From contig CAWCFX010000001.1 in NCBI GenBank assembly GCA_963795085.1, positions 832,001 through 896,000 on the forward strand: a stretch of 64,000 bases of DNA. The letters are read 5' to 3'. Source of the stretch: an uncultured Gemmatimonadales bacterium (lineage in GTDB: Bacteria; Gemmatimonadota; Gemmatimonadetes; Gemmatimonadales; GWC2-71-9). A program made the position numbers and the translations under genes. Below are positions 19,011 to 30,328 of the stretch, piece by piece; the first letter of the stretch is position 1; every line of letters starts with the position of its first letter. The notes under the pieces are model-generated. The model saw only the letters and a list, made by a program, of their open reading frames with translations, was not told the origin of the DNA and did no database searches.

Positions 19011-20012
19011 GTGATACCACCTCCTCCATCGAGCCCCATGGGCAGCATCGACGCAGCCGGTTCCACCGGCCCCGGGGTCATCGCGGCCTCCGAGACCATG
19101 CAGGCCGTGCTGCGGCAGTGCCGTCACATTGCCGTCACCCGGTATCCGGTCGCGCTGATCGGGCCGACGGGGGTGGGTAAGGGGCTACTGGCCCAGGCAA
19201 TGCACGCCATGAGCGGCTCGGCGCGGGGCCCCTTCCATATAGTGGGGGGCGGGGAGCTGACGCCTTCCCTGCTCCAGAGCGAGCTGTATGGCCACGAAGA
19301 AGGCGCCTTTACCGGGGCCAAGGGTAGGCGGCGCGGGCACTTCGAGCTGGCGGCCGGGGGCACCATCTTTCTCGATGAGATGCACCTGTGGAAACCCCGG
19401 GTCCAGGCGGCCATGCTCCGCGCCCTGGGAGAACGGGCCGTGATCCCGCTCGGGGCCGCCCGTTCCCTCCCCCTCACCTGCCGGTTCATCTTCGCCGCCA
19501 ACCAGCCGCTCGACGACCTGGTCAACGCCGGGATCCTGGTGAAGGATCTTCGTCACCGGATCGGCGAGTTCGAGATCCGGGTTCCGGGGCTGGCCGAGCG
19601 GCCGGGCGATATCATGCCGCTGGCCTATGCCCACCTCGCGCGGGTTGCGTCGGAGAATGGCTATTCCCCCGGTCTCCGGCTGGAGCCGCAGGTGGCGTGG
19701 CAGCTGATCTGGTACGCATGGCCGGGGAATGTCCGGGAGCTGCACAACGTGATCACCCACGCGGCCGTCAGCAGCGGAGGCGAGCCGGTGATACGGTTGC
19801 ATCACCTGCCGGCCAGGCTGCAGAGACCGCTGGTCCAGTTCGATGCGCTGGACAAGTCGGTGCGTCGGGAGATGGTGGGGTGGGCCTACCGGTTTGCCCA
19901 TGGCAGCCGGTTGGCGGCGGCTGACCTGGTGGGAGTGCATCCCCATACGATTGATTACCACGTCCGGCGGCATGGAGCCGGAGCCAGGGTTCCTGGAGCG
20001 GATGCCTGCTGA
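19011..20012 (+). CDS. Sigma-54 enhancer-binding protein lacking a sensory domain (bEBP1)
   Basis: GPTGVGKG, ELYGHEEGAFTGA, GGTIFLDE, WPGNVRELHN, C-terminal HTH. Confidence 0.9.
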   Translation: MIPPPPSSPMGSIDAAGSTGPGVIAASETMQAVLRQCRHIAVTRYPVALIGPTGVGKGLLAQAMHAMSGSARGPFHIVGGGELTPSLLQSELYGHEEGAFTGAKGRRRGHFELAAGGTIFLDEMHLWKPRVQAAMLRALGERAVIPLGAARSLPLTCRFIFAANQPLDDLVNAGILVKDLRHRIGEFEIRVPGLAERPGDIMPLAYAHLARVASENGYSPGLRLEPQVAWQLIWYAWPGNVRELHNVITHAAVSSGGEPVIRLHHLPARLQRPLVQFDALDKSVRREMVGWAYRFAHGSRLAAADLVGVHPHTIDYHVRRHGAGARVPGADAC

Positions 20013-20186
20013 CTTGCGTCACAAAGCCCGCTCCCTGGCCCCTTCACCAACCTCCACGCTGCCAACCACTTGCCCCGCTGCCAATCCGGCATTGTGATGG
20101 CAGGGCGACTCCTCTCCGCTGGCGAATCCGAGATACGAGGATCGGACGCAACAGGTTAGCGCTCCGTGGCGGGACCGCGCCCAATC

Positions 20187-20202
20187 CGGCATGTCCCCTG
20201 CT
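20187..20202 (+). promoter_or_regulatory. Sigma-54 -24/-12 promoter of rhs1
   Basis: cGGCATGtcccCTGCT (GG-N10-GC); GC 38 nt before ATG 20238. Confidence 0.7.
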
Positions 20203-20237
20203 TTTCCCCGGCCATCTCCTCCCATCCAGGATTGGCC

Positions 20238-23200
20238 ATGTTCCCTTCCCGCCGCTGGTTCGCGCTGGCCCTGCTGCCGCTCATGTTCTTTCTGCTCCCG
20301 TCGGAACCGGACGTGGAGGAGGAAACTGAAGAGGTGCCGGGCGGAGTGGAGGTAACCCCGGACGCGGGCGGGCCCATCTGACCCTGAGGCAAATACAAGC
20401 GGGCTGGCAGCCGGGTTCTGGGTGAAGAACACCCGAACAGTCACAACCACGTACACTCTGGCCTGCGGAACCGGCGGCGCAGCCACGTCCTGCGAAGTCG
20501 AGCCTACACAGGTAACGTTGGGCTATAATGAACTCACCGACATCAGTGTTACCTACGCAACCGGGGCGGCGGGGTCAGGTTCTCTGGTTCTGCGTGCGAC
20601 CGGAGCAGCGTCGGATACCGGGTACTATAACGTTGTATCCCTGGGGCAAGGATATCCCGGCGTGGTGCTGAAGAATCACAACGACACCAACCGGGACCGA
20701 TCGGGGTGCCTAATCGCAGGAGCGGGAGAAGGTGCGTGGCAATGTGGCGACCTGCTGGTGAGCCACAGCCTGCCGGGCTACACGACCATGGGCCGGGAGC
20801 GATCCTTGACCATGGTCTATACCTCAGCACAGGCAGTTCCCAAGCCCCTGGTTGCGGCCAGTGTCACCAACGGCGATATCTCCCTGCCGGTCAACGTATA
20901 TGCCGAGCTTCGTGTGGGGACAACCGGCGGCACACAGACGGTTCGTGCTACAGGGACGTTCACGGGCTGGAACTTCGATCCGAGCCCTCGGCAGATCGCC
21001 CTTACTTATGACGCCAGCGCCGACCCAACGGGTGCCTATCCGTTCACGCTGGTGATTCAGAATCAGTATCCGGGGACCTACAGTACGACCCGCACCGGCA
21101 CCTTGCTGGTCATCAATCGAAGCCAGAGCGAGTTCGGCGCCGGCTGGGCTCTCGCGGGGGTCGAGCGGCTCCACTTCGGGCAGCCGGTTGGCACCAGCAA
21201 CGGAGACATTTTGTGGGTCGGGGGAGACGGCTCGGCAAAGCTGTATGCCAAGCTAAACGCCACCACATGGGTAGCTCCGCTCGGCGCGTACCGCGATACC
21301 ATTGCCTACAACGCCGGCACCACCGAGTACACCCGGACGCTGCGGCACAAGATCCAGGTGGTTTACGACGCGATGGGGCGCCATGTCCGGACCATCAACC
21401 GCATGGAGCAGCCCACATACTTCTACTGGAACACCTCGACGGGGAAGCTCGACAGCGTCGTCGTTCCGCCGACCGGGCAGACGGGGACGCGCTATGCGCT
21501 CACGTATGACGGGAATGGGAACATTGACAGTATTGCCGATCCCGGCGGGCGAGCGCTCAATGTCACGGTAACGAGTGGCAATACGCTGGCGATCCGGGAT
21601 CCCGACCTGGTCACCACAACATTTACCTACGCGGGGACCTCCGGCAGAATGCTCACCAGGACCAACCGGCGCGGCTACCGAACCCGGTTCGAGTACGCCA
21701 ACAATCTGCGACTCACCAAGGTCCATGTTCCGGGTGGCGTTACTGGCGCGGATACCTCGGTCACGGAATTCAAGCCCTGGGATGAGAAGGGGCTGCCTGG
21801 CCAAGCTGCGGTCCAGGATTCTGCAGTGTACACCAAGATCTTCGGGCCGCGACTCAACGTGGCGGACGATGCCCGGTTCTGGGTGGATAAGTGGGGGGCG
21901 CCCACGAAGATCGTCAATGCGATCGGGGCCACTACACTTCTGGTGCGAGGTGATACCACGGTCCCCCAGCTGGTGACGAAAGTCACCTTCCCAAATGGGC
22001 GTATAGGGATCATGACCTATGACGCGCGCGGGAACCTGCTCGAGGGTCGGGACAGTACCTGGCACCTCGGCGCCACTGCCCGGGACTCTACACGACTCAC
22101 GACGTATCAGTACCTGGACGGGAACGCGCCAGATTCTCCGAGCCGGGTGGGTGACAGCTACAATCGGTATTCATACTACTGGTACAATAGCCTGGGACTT
22201 ACTGATTCCGTGAAGGACACCCGTAATCTCGTAACCGTTTTCGCTTACACGGGATCCGGTGCATTCCAGGGCCTGCTGAACAGCGTCACAGAGAAGGGCG
22301 TTACCGTGTGGCAGGAGAGCACCAGCGATACCATCGTTACCGACCTTGTCAATTCATTCACTTACCATCCGTTGGGAAATATCAAGACCGCCACCAGTCC
22401 CTCAGGCAATGTGACAGCATACGTGACCGACGGCTATGGCCGTACCGCCGAGATCTATGACCCCCTGGGAGGGAAGTCAAACTACGTGTATGACGCGTTG
22501 AACCGGACAGTGCGCAGCTATCAGCACACGCCGGTCCGCACGCCGCCCTTCACCGTGACCCAGAGTTGCCAGGCAAACCAACTGTTGTGCGCCGATTCGA
22601 CCTGGCCGTTCTCTCCGGCCCTTCCGGACTCTTTGGGCTCGATCTATAAGCTGGGGGCCATGACTCTGGATACCGTAATCGATCCCCGCAACGTCAAGCG
22701 GGCATTCGGCTACGATGCCCAGGGTCGGCAGCGGATCGAGCAGGATGAATTCGGATACCAGAAGATCGCGTTCTACGACCGTGCGGGGCTTCTCGATTCC
22801 ATTCTGACGCGGGACAGCATCAAGGTCCGGTTCAAGTACGACACCATTGGCCGCCGTACCTTCATGAGCTTCCCCCAGCGTGCCAGCCCCTTCACGAGCA
22901 GCGGAGACCAGACCGTCGTCCTGGGAGATACGGTCAGATATACCTATGACATCATGGGGAATGTCCTGACCGCCCAGAACCGCTGGAACAATGCGGCCCC
23001 GATTACCCGTACGTATTATGCGACAGGAGCTCTCAAGACTCAGCGCACCTCCTACGATTCACTCTACTTCGAATACGACCGCAACGGCCAACGCCGGCGG
23101 ATGATCATGAACTGGGGGAAGGATACGGTGGACTACAGTTACGGGACCACCGGGGACCTCCAGACCATTACCGCCCGGCTCGACACGATGACCACGGCCA

Positions 23201-24840
23201 GCACCACCCGGGTCTTCACCTTTTCCTGGGACAAACTGGGCCGGAGGACGAAGGTCGTTTACCCCGGCAGTATTGTGGTGACCCTGGCCTATGACAAGAA
23301 CGGCTCCCTGAGGCAAGTGAAGTCGGTAAACCCGGCAACGTCGCCCGCTACCGATAATCTGGACTTCGTCTGGCGGAACCGGGATGTTGATCCGGTGGGT
23401 CGCGTACTGCGGCAATCGGTGGTCTGTACCCAGTACAATCCCGATGCGGCGGTCGAAGCCCCGTGCGGCGACGGCACAACCTGGACGATCAACCGGTACA
23501 ACCGCCTCGGCATGCTGGTCTGGCAGTGGGCGGACAGCACGAGTGCCACACCGGCGGATTCCTTCGCCTATGATGCATCAGGCAACCGTCTCTTTCGGAA
23601 GGAGGGGTCCACCGGGGCCAGGACATGGTTCACCATGGTGGCGAACAGCAACCGGCTGGCCTACGACTCGACGGGTTCTACTCAACGGGTGGTGACCCAG
23701 TATCACAACAAGGAGGGGGCCCGGATCCTGGAGTGGCCCTCCGACAACACCCAGGCTGCGGTGGCCTTCTACAAGGGGTACTACTATGACGGGTTGGGCC
23801 GGATGAGCGGCTCGTTCTACGCCACCTGGAGCGGTTCCGACTTCTTCGAGCACTGGTCCGGCAACGACTGCACCTACGATGCCGACGGCCAGCTGGTGCT
23901 TCCCTGCGACAATGGATCGCCCCTGCTCTACTTTGACGGCAATAACGTGGTGGGCAACAGCCACGACTGGCGGTTCATCCAGGGCCCGGGTGTGGACGAT
24001 GTGTTGATGGCGGTCAAGCGGGACCCCGCCGGTGCATATTCCGGCTATTTCCGGCGTCTCCTGTTCATGGTAACTGATGGGACCGGCCGCCGCTACGCGG
24101 TTGGCGCTGCCGATGGGAGTCTGTCGACCGATGATGTCCAGACTTCAGGCTTGGGGGCTTGGCGCTTTAGCGGGGCGGTAACCAAGTCAAACACTTTCGG
24201 GGCTGCCCGGATGGAGAATGCGGACCTCCCGACGGTTTCCTATTTCCGGAACCGGTCGTACGACTCGCGCACCGGCCGCTGGATGCAGGAGGACCCCATA
24301 GGGCTGGCGGGGGGGATGAATTTGTATCAGTTTAATGGGAATAATCCGGTAGCCTACACCGATCCCTTCGGTCTGTGTCCTCCAAAGATGGATCCCAATA
24401 GTGCGAAGTGCTATGCATGGAACCAGCAACAGGTACATGAGGCCGAGAATATAATCGCGCATCAGAAAGCTCTTAAGAATCAACATGCTCTTGGCCGGGG
24501 CAGTATTGAGCCTATCGGAATTAATGCCTCTGAAATGGCTGACAGATGTCCAGCAGCCGATCCCAGGGCCGGTTGCACCGTGTTAAATAAAAATACAGGG
24601 ATAAGCTATCATCTGATAAACGCTGATCGTCACCCGGAGGCAATCAGTGGCATTCTAGTGCATGAGCGGCAGCACGAGCGCACAGGAGCTCTGAATGAAC
24701 CGTGTGCAGTTGCACGAGAAGCCAGCTACATGTACACAATGGCCCGGAAGGATCCAGCGGCTTTCAGGAACTACACTGGTTCACCCCAAAGTCGACAGCC
24801 AGCAACGCACACACAGAAAGTGAAAGGATGCGGCTTCTAA
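20238..24840 (+). CDS. Rhs/YD-repeat protein 1 with signal peptide and HExxH C-terminal tip; +1 frameshift near 20365-20378
   Basis: MFPSRRWFALALLP leader in another frame aligns with Rhs2 N-terminus; YD repeats; RSYDSRTGRWMQEDPIG..NPVAYTDPFGL; tip LVHERQH. Confidence 0.9.
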
Positions 24841-24860
24841 GGTGGTAATAGACCATAACA

Positions 24861-25526
24861 ATGCCACTGCTGGCCATTAGGAGGATGGAAATGCAATTCC
24901 AGAATGCCTTACGCGCGACTCTTGTGATGCAGCTGATATCCCTCGGAGCAACAAAGGCGCAGGAGCCAAGTGAGATCCAGTTACACGCGCTCACGGCTCA
25001 GCTCAGGGTCCACAATACTTGCATCGGCTCACCGAGCGTACACGATTCCACTATTGAGTTCTTTCCTAGTGTCCGATTCCTCGTTGGGACCTGTGTTGGC
25101 CAACACGGCAACATGTACAGTGTTCTCCTGGGAGAAGATGCAACAGCACTTTACCTGTTGGATTCTCCAAGTGGCTTCAGTTTTCTCATCAAAAGGCATA
25201 CTCCAATTGGTCTCGACAACAGCACTGTCGTGACTTATGCCCGCCTTGCGCTCACTATGCAGGGCGTCATGTCGGCCCGTGGACGGGTTGTACAGTCAGC
25301 CAGAGACTTGCCGGATTCCATAAGGTCAAGTCTGGTTCAGCGAGGGTTCCGGATATCGCCAAGTCATATTGTAGAGTTGGCACCCGGTCTCCTCAATGTC
25401 GGCCTGACCGTGGCCAATGACAATACAGTGGCGACTTTCTCGGTAGCGGTGAGCCTTCCCTCTGGGGAGGCGTGGGTGACAGAAAGATGGCGATCTACTT
25501 TCTGGCTCCCCGAGAAGTCACACTGA
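24861..25526 (+). CDS. Exported protein, putative immunity protein for Rhs1
   Basis: Immediately downstream of toxin tip, lower GC, signal-peptide-like N-terminus (TKA/QEP). Confidence 0.65.
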   Translation: MPLLAIRRMEMQFQNALRATLVMQLISLGATKAQEPSEIQLHALTAQLRVHNTCIGSPSVHDSTIEFFPSVRFLVGTCVGQHGNMYSVLLGEDATALYLLDSPSGFSFLIKRHTPIGLDNSTVVTYARLALTMQGVMSARGRVVQSARDLPDSIRSSLVQRGFRISPSHIVELAPGLLNVGLTVANDNTVATFSVAVSLPSGEAWVTERWRSTFWLPEKSH

Positions 25527-25924
25527 CCAGCCTTTCGTGGCGCTTGTGGGACATGGGCGAATTACCCGCCCCCAGACATACTTACTATAACGTCCGAGGT
25601 CGCGGCGAACTTAGAAGCTCTGAAGGATCTCAGATCAATAGGAGCAGCAACAGAGTTGGCGATGTCTGTCATGAATGCCACCGGATCTCGCAAGGACTCC
25701 CTTAGAAGAAACGGAGAGGCCCGCGGGATTGTGAGAGTCCGGGCAGGTCGGCGAAGAGGGGCGGCGGCTCGGTTCCTGGCGGACCGGGAACACGCCGACG
25801 GCCTACACGTTGAGCGCGGTGTTCTCGACAAAGGGCCTGCGGGTCCCGCGGGTCCAAGGTCCATACCGCCGAGGGGCCGAGCGGCTGCAACAATGTGGTG
25901 GACGCGCTTCTATATGGCGCCACG

Positions 25925-26075
25925 ACAACTTAGCTGGCTGGTTCCGTGGACGGTGAGTCAAGCTGCAGTTACGGTCCGGTTAAGACCCAGGATCCGGCGG
26001 TTACCGAGCGCCGAGTGCCGGCGCATGGGATTGTAAGACCGCTGGTTGTAGTCAAAGACGTCGGCTCGGACCACA
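25925..26075 (-). mobile_element. IS3-family remnant (transposase C-terminus and end)
   Basis: Minus-strand RADVFDYNQRSYNPMRRHSALG resembles IS3 OrfB end; TTCCGTGGAC end-like motif. Confidence 0.65.
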
Positions 26076-26506
26076 GTGCGGTCAGAATGGCGTTTACCAT
26101 TGGTCCACCCCGTCGTGAGGATCGAGAAGCCCTGCAGCCGCGGACGGAGTAATGGAACAGCGCCTCGGCCGGTCCCCGGCGTGTATCTCCACTGACCAGA
26201 ACTCTCGGTGTCGCGATGAGCCAAACCTTTCGTCGGCTCCTTTGCGCAGCAGGCTGAGGCTTTTCTTGGATGTTCCATGATCCCTGGCACAACTTGGGTT
26301 GCCCGGGGCGACTTGATACCCGGAATTGATCGGCGGATCATCACAAACACTCCTTCCCCCACCTCCCGCTAACCCCCACCACCTCAACCACTTCTACCCC
26401 TGCCATTTCGGCTTTGTGACGCACCCGGACCTACCCGCCTTCCGAATCACCACCTAACCCACCATCTCATACCGCTTTAACCGCCACCGCCGAATCCCGC
26501 CTCCCG

Positions 26507-26522
26507 GGGCACGGCCCCTGCC
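26507..26522 (+). promoter_or_regulatory. Sigma-54 -24/-12 promoter of T2SS operon
   Basis: gGGCACGgcccCTGCc (GG-N10-GC); GC 37 nt before gspE ATG. Confidence 0.75.
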
Positions 26523-26556
26523 ATACCCTGCCGCGGCCACCACAAGGATCTCCCCC

Positions 26557-28068
26557 ATGACCACCCCCGGCCTCGAGACCCGGCTCCCGCTCGCCGAGTC
26601 CTTTGCCGCCGAGTACCTGAGCTACTATCGCATCCTGCCGCTGGAGATCGTGGACCAGCGGCTCCGGGTCGCCGTGGCCGGGGAGTCCAACCCCGATGCC
26701 CTGGAAGACCTGGAGCTGAGCTTCGGGCTTCCGCTCGAGCTGGTCCCGGTGGGCGACGACGAGATCCAGGACGCCATCCGGCGCACCTTCGCCGCCTCCG
26801 AAACGGTGGTCGAGCTGGTGCGGGACCTCGATGCCACGGCCGGCGTGACCGAGGCGGGCGAAGACTTCTTGACCGACGCCCGCGACCTGGCCAACCAGCC
26901 CCCGGTCATCCGCTTCGTCAACCTCCTGATTCGGGAAGCCCACGACGCCGCAGCCAGCGACGTCCACCTGGAAGCCACCCGCGACGGCCTCCGCGTCCGA
27001 CTCCGCCTGGACGGGGTGCTGACCGAGCTGCCCTCACCCCCACGAGGGCTCCAGGCGGCGGTCGTCTCCCGGATCAAGCTCCTCGCCGAGCTGGATATCG
27101 CCGAGCGAAGGCTGCCGCAGGACGGGCGGATCCGGATGCGGCTGGAAAGCCGGGAGCTGGACCTCCGGGTCTCCTCGGTGCCCACCCTCTTCGGGGAATC
27201 CGTCGTCCTCCGGCTGCTCGACCGGGGCGGCCGCCCCGTCACCCTCCCCGAGCTGGGAATGCCGGCGGCCATGCTGGAGCTGTTCACCCGGCTCTGCTCC
27301 AGGGCCCACGGGATCATCCTCTCCACCGGGCCCACCGGCAGCGGCAAGACCACCACCCTCTATACCGCCCTGGGACTACGCCACCCTGCCGCAGAGAAGA
27401 TCATCACGGTCGAGGACCCGGTGGAGTATCACTTGGCCGGCATCACCCAGGTCCCGGTGCACGCCCGGTCCGGGATGACCTTCGCCGCCTCGCTCCGGAG
27501 CATCCTGCGGCAGGATCCCGACGTGCTGATGGTGGGGGAGATGCGGGACGCCGAAACCGCGGCGATCGCGGTGCAGGCGGCAATGACGGGACACCTGGTC
27601 TTCTCCACCCTCCATACCAACGACGCGGTGAGTGCGCTGACCCGGCTGCTGGATCTGAAGGTCGAATCCTACATGATCGCCGCCACGCTGGAAGCGGTGC
27701 TGGCCCAGCGGCTGGTCCGGCGGATCTGCACGCAGTGCGTGGAGGAGTACCAGCCCGATCCGGCCATGGTCGCGCTGATCGCGGACGCAGGCCTGGCCCT
27801 GGCCACTCGTGGCACTCCCCCCCCGAGGCTGGTCCGGGGATCCGGCTGCGCGCACTGCCGCCAGACCGGGTACAGAGGCCGGGTCGGCATCTTCGAGCTG
27901 CTGGTGCTGAACGATGCCATCCGGCAGCAGCTCCTCGCCTCGGCCAGTCACGCCGATCTTCGGCGTCTATCCCAGAAGGAAGGACTGGTGACCCTCAAGC
28001 AGGACGGGTGGCTCAAGGTGAAGGCGGGGATCACGACCATCGAGGAGGTGCTGCGTGTCGCGGACTGA
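26557..28068 (+). CDS. gspE: Type II secretion ATPase
   Basis: GPTGSGKTT, TVEDPVE, LRQDPD, STLHTND, CxxC..CxxC zinc motif. Confidence 0.95.
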   Translation: MTTPGLETRLPLAESFAAEYLSYYRILPLEIVDQRLRVAVAGESNPDALEDLELSFGLPLELVPVGDDEIQDAIRRTFAASETVVELVRDLDATAGVTEAGEDFLTDARDLANQPPVIRFVNLLIREAHDAAASDVHLEATRDGLRVRLRLDGVLTELPSPPRGLQAAVVSRIKLLAELDIAERRLPQDGRIRMRLESRELDLRVSSVPTLFGESVVLRLLDRGGRPVTLPELGMPAAMLELFTRLCSRAHGIILSTGPTGSGKTTTLYTALGLRHPAAEKIITVEDPVEYHLAGITQVPVHARSGMTFAASLRSILRQDPDVLMVGEMRDAETAAIAVQAAMTGHLVFSTLHTNDAVSALTRLLDLKVESYMIAATLEAVLAQRLVRRICTQCVEEYQPDPAMVALIADAGLALATRGTPPPRLVRGSGCAHCRQTGYRGRVGIFELLVLNDAIRQQLLASASHADLRRLSQKEGLVTLKQDGWLKVKAGITTIEEVLRVAD

Positions 28069-28534
28069 AGCGGGGCAGCGGGGCAGCGGGGCAGCGGGGC
28101 GGAACAACAGACGCGGATTCACCCTGATCGAGATCCTCGTTGTCATCGCCGTGATTGCGATCCTGGCCAGCATCGTGACCCCACTGGTCTTTCGCAACGT
28201 GGGCGATGCGAAGGTGGCATCGGCCCGGGCCCAGATCGAGATCCTGGCTACCGCCCTCGACTCCTACCGGCTCGACAACGACTACTACCCCTCCACGGCC
28301 CAGGGTCTGGCTGCGCTCCGCTTCAAGCCCCCAGGCCCGCCGGCGGCCGCCAACTGGCGCGGCCCCTATATAAGGAAGGACGTGCCGGACGATCCGTGGA
28401 ACCAGCCGTACCAGTACCTGAGCCCCGGGAAGGTGAATGCCGACTCGTACGACCTGTTGAGCCTGGGGCGGGACGGGCGGCCGGGCGGGGAAGGGGAGGA
28501 CGCCGATATCACCTCCTGGGGTTCCGCCCCGTGA
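28055..28534 (+). CDS. gspG: Major pseudopilin
   Basis: RRG/FTLIE; YRLDNDYYP; WRGPY..DPWNQPYQY; SLGRDG..ADI; RBS GAGGAGG. Confidence 0.95.
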   Translation: MSRTEAGQRGSGAAGRNNRRGFTLIEILVVIAVIAILASIVTPLVFRNVGDAKVASARAQIEILATALDSYRLDNDYYPSTAQGLAALRFKPPGPPAAANWRGPYIRKDVPDDPWNQPYQYLSPGKVNADSYDLLSLGRDGRPGGEGEDADITSWGSAP

Positions 28535-29712
28535 CCGCCTACCGCTACCGCGCGGCCCGGTCGGACGGGCGCATAGTCACCGGGACCATGGATTCGTCCC
28601 GCGCGGCGGACCTCAACGAGGTTCTCTTCAGCCGGGGGCTCTACCCGATCGAGGTCGAGGCGGCCGGCCTAGAGTCCGATAACCGGCCTGCCCCGCGGCG
28701 GGACCTTGCACTCGTGTTCCGGAGCCTGGCCTCGCTGGTTGCCGCCGGCGTGCCGCTGGAGAAAGCGGTTGCCGCGACCGGCGGGGTCGCGCGGGGCAGG
28801 CTGGCCCCGCTCCTCCAGGCAGCGCGCAGCGCCCTCCGGGAGGGGCGGAGCCTGGCGCAGGCGCTGGAGTCGGGGTCGGGCCTGGTGCCCCGGCTGGCCA
28901 TCGGCATGGTCCGGGCCGGTGAACGCGGCGGCAGGCTCGGCACCGCCCTCGAGGAAGCCGCGACCCACCTGGAGCAGGAGGCGGAGCTGGTGGCCAGGGT
29001 GCGGCAGGCGCTCGCCTATCCGGTCCTGCTCGCCGCGGTGGGAACCGCGACGGTGCTGGTGATTGCCACCGTCGTGGTCCCCCGTTTCGCCGAGCTGCTG
29101 GAAGACTCCGGCCAGGCCCTCCCTCCGGCCACCACGGTACTGCTCGCCATCTCCGCTCTCCTCACACGGCACTGGATCCCGATGCTGCTGGTTGCCGTGG
29201 GCGGCATCTTCGCTCTCCGTGAGTGGCTCAAGCGCCCGTCCGCCCGGCGGGCGCTCCACCGCGGGTTGCTCACGATTCCGGCGCTGGGGCCGTTGCGCCT
29301 GTCGCTGGCGTCGGCCCGGTGCTGCCGTGCGCTGGGGGGGATGCTCGAAGCCGGGATGCCGCTGCTCCCGGCGCTGGATGCCTCGGAGGATGCCGTTGGG
29401 GACCAGGCGGTGATTGAACGGCTCCGGCGGGTGCGTGAGATGGTGGCCCAGGGGGCACCGGTGGCCCAGTCACTGGAGCGGGAGCGGGCTCTCACCCCGA
29501 TGGCCCATCAGCTCATCGCGGTGGGAGAATCGAGCGGCCAGCTCGGGACGATGGCGGCCCGGGCCGGCGATCTCGCCGCGCGGGAATCCGAACGCCAGCT
29601 CCGCGCCCTGGTCGGAATGATCGAGCCCGCGCTGATCGTGCTGTTCGGCGGAGTGGTCGCGTTCGTCGCCGCTGCGCTGCTCCAGGCGATGTATGGGCTG
29701 AGGGCACTGTGA
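28531..29712 (+). CDS. gspF: T2SS inner-membrane platform protein
   Basis: Two GspF domains, ALAYP, GESSGQL, MIEP. Confidence 0.93.
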   Translation: MTAYRYRAARSDGRIVTGTMDSSRAADLNEVLFSRGLYPIEVEAAGLESDNRPAPRRDLALVFRSLASLVAAGVPLEKAVAATGGVARGRLAPLLQAARSALREGRSLAQALESGSGLVPRLAIGMVRAGERGGRLGTALEEAATHLEQEAELVARVRQALAYPVLLAAVGTATVLVIATVVVPRFAELLEDSGQALPPATTVLLAISALLTRHWIPMLLVAVGGIFALREWLKRPSARRALHRGLLTIPALGPLRLSLASARCCRALGGMLEAGMPLLPALDASEDAVGDQAVIERLRRVREMVAQGAPVAQSLERERALTPMAHQLIAVGESSGQLGTMAARAGDLAARESERQLRALVGMIEPALIVLFGGVVAFVAAALLQAMYGLRAL

Positions 29713-29978
29713 GCCGGGGAACGACGCTGGTGGAACTGGTCGTTGCCCTCGCCATTCTCGGGCTGATGGCCGGAATGACCGGCTTCGCGATCCACAGCCT
29801 GGCGCCGCGGGAGGAATCGCCCACCCGGCGGGCCATCGTCCGGGCCAGGGCCGAAGCCCTCGAGAAGGGGAGGCCGATTCGCCTCGTGATTGACACCGCC
29901 GGTTCCGCGGCCCCGCGGGCGCTGCTCTTTCTGCCGGACGGCCGGGTGTTGGGCGATACCGAGGCAGGCGCCCGGTGA
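29709..29978 (+). CDS. gspH: Minor pseudopilin, GspH-like (short)
   Basis: RG/TTLVE prepilin motif; FLPDG; operon order. Confidence 0.7.
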   Translation: MSRGTTLVELVVALAILGLMAGMTGFAIHSLAPREESPTRRAIVRARAEALEKGRPIRLVIDTAGSAAPRALLFLPDGRVLGDTEAGAR

Positions 29979-30328
29979 GGGGCACACCCCGCCACCGCTC
30001 CCGCAGCGGGGTCGCTCTGCTGGAAGCGCTGATCGCGCTGGCGATCCTGAGCGTGGCGGGGCTGTCGGTTGTCGCCCTGGTGGATTCCCTGGTTCGGGCC
30101 CAGGCCGCGGCGATGCACCGGGAACGGACCCTGACCTCCGCCGGCCGGGTCCTCGCGGCGGCCACCCTGCTCCGCCGGGAGGAACTGGACCAGCGGCTGG
30201 GCACCCGGGAAGTGGGCGAGTTCGTGCTCGACGTGCAACGTCCGGAAAAGTCGCTCTATCGCATCGCGATTGGCGAAACGGCGGTTCCCGCCGTCGAGCT
30301 CCTCGTCACCGTGGTCCACCGGCCATGA
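29975..30328 (+). CDS. gspI: Minor pseudopilin, GspI-like
   Basis: SG/VALLE prepilin motif; operon order. Confidence 0.7.
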   Translation: MRGTPRHRSRSGVALLEALIALAILSVAGLSVVALVDSLVRAQAAAMHRERTLTSAGRVLAAATLLRREELDQRLGTREVGEFVLDVQRPEKSLYRIAIGETAVPAVELLVTVVHRP

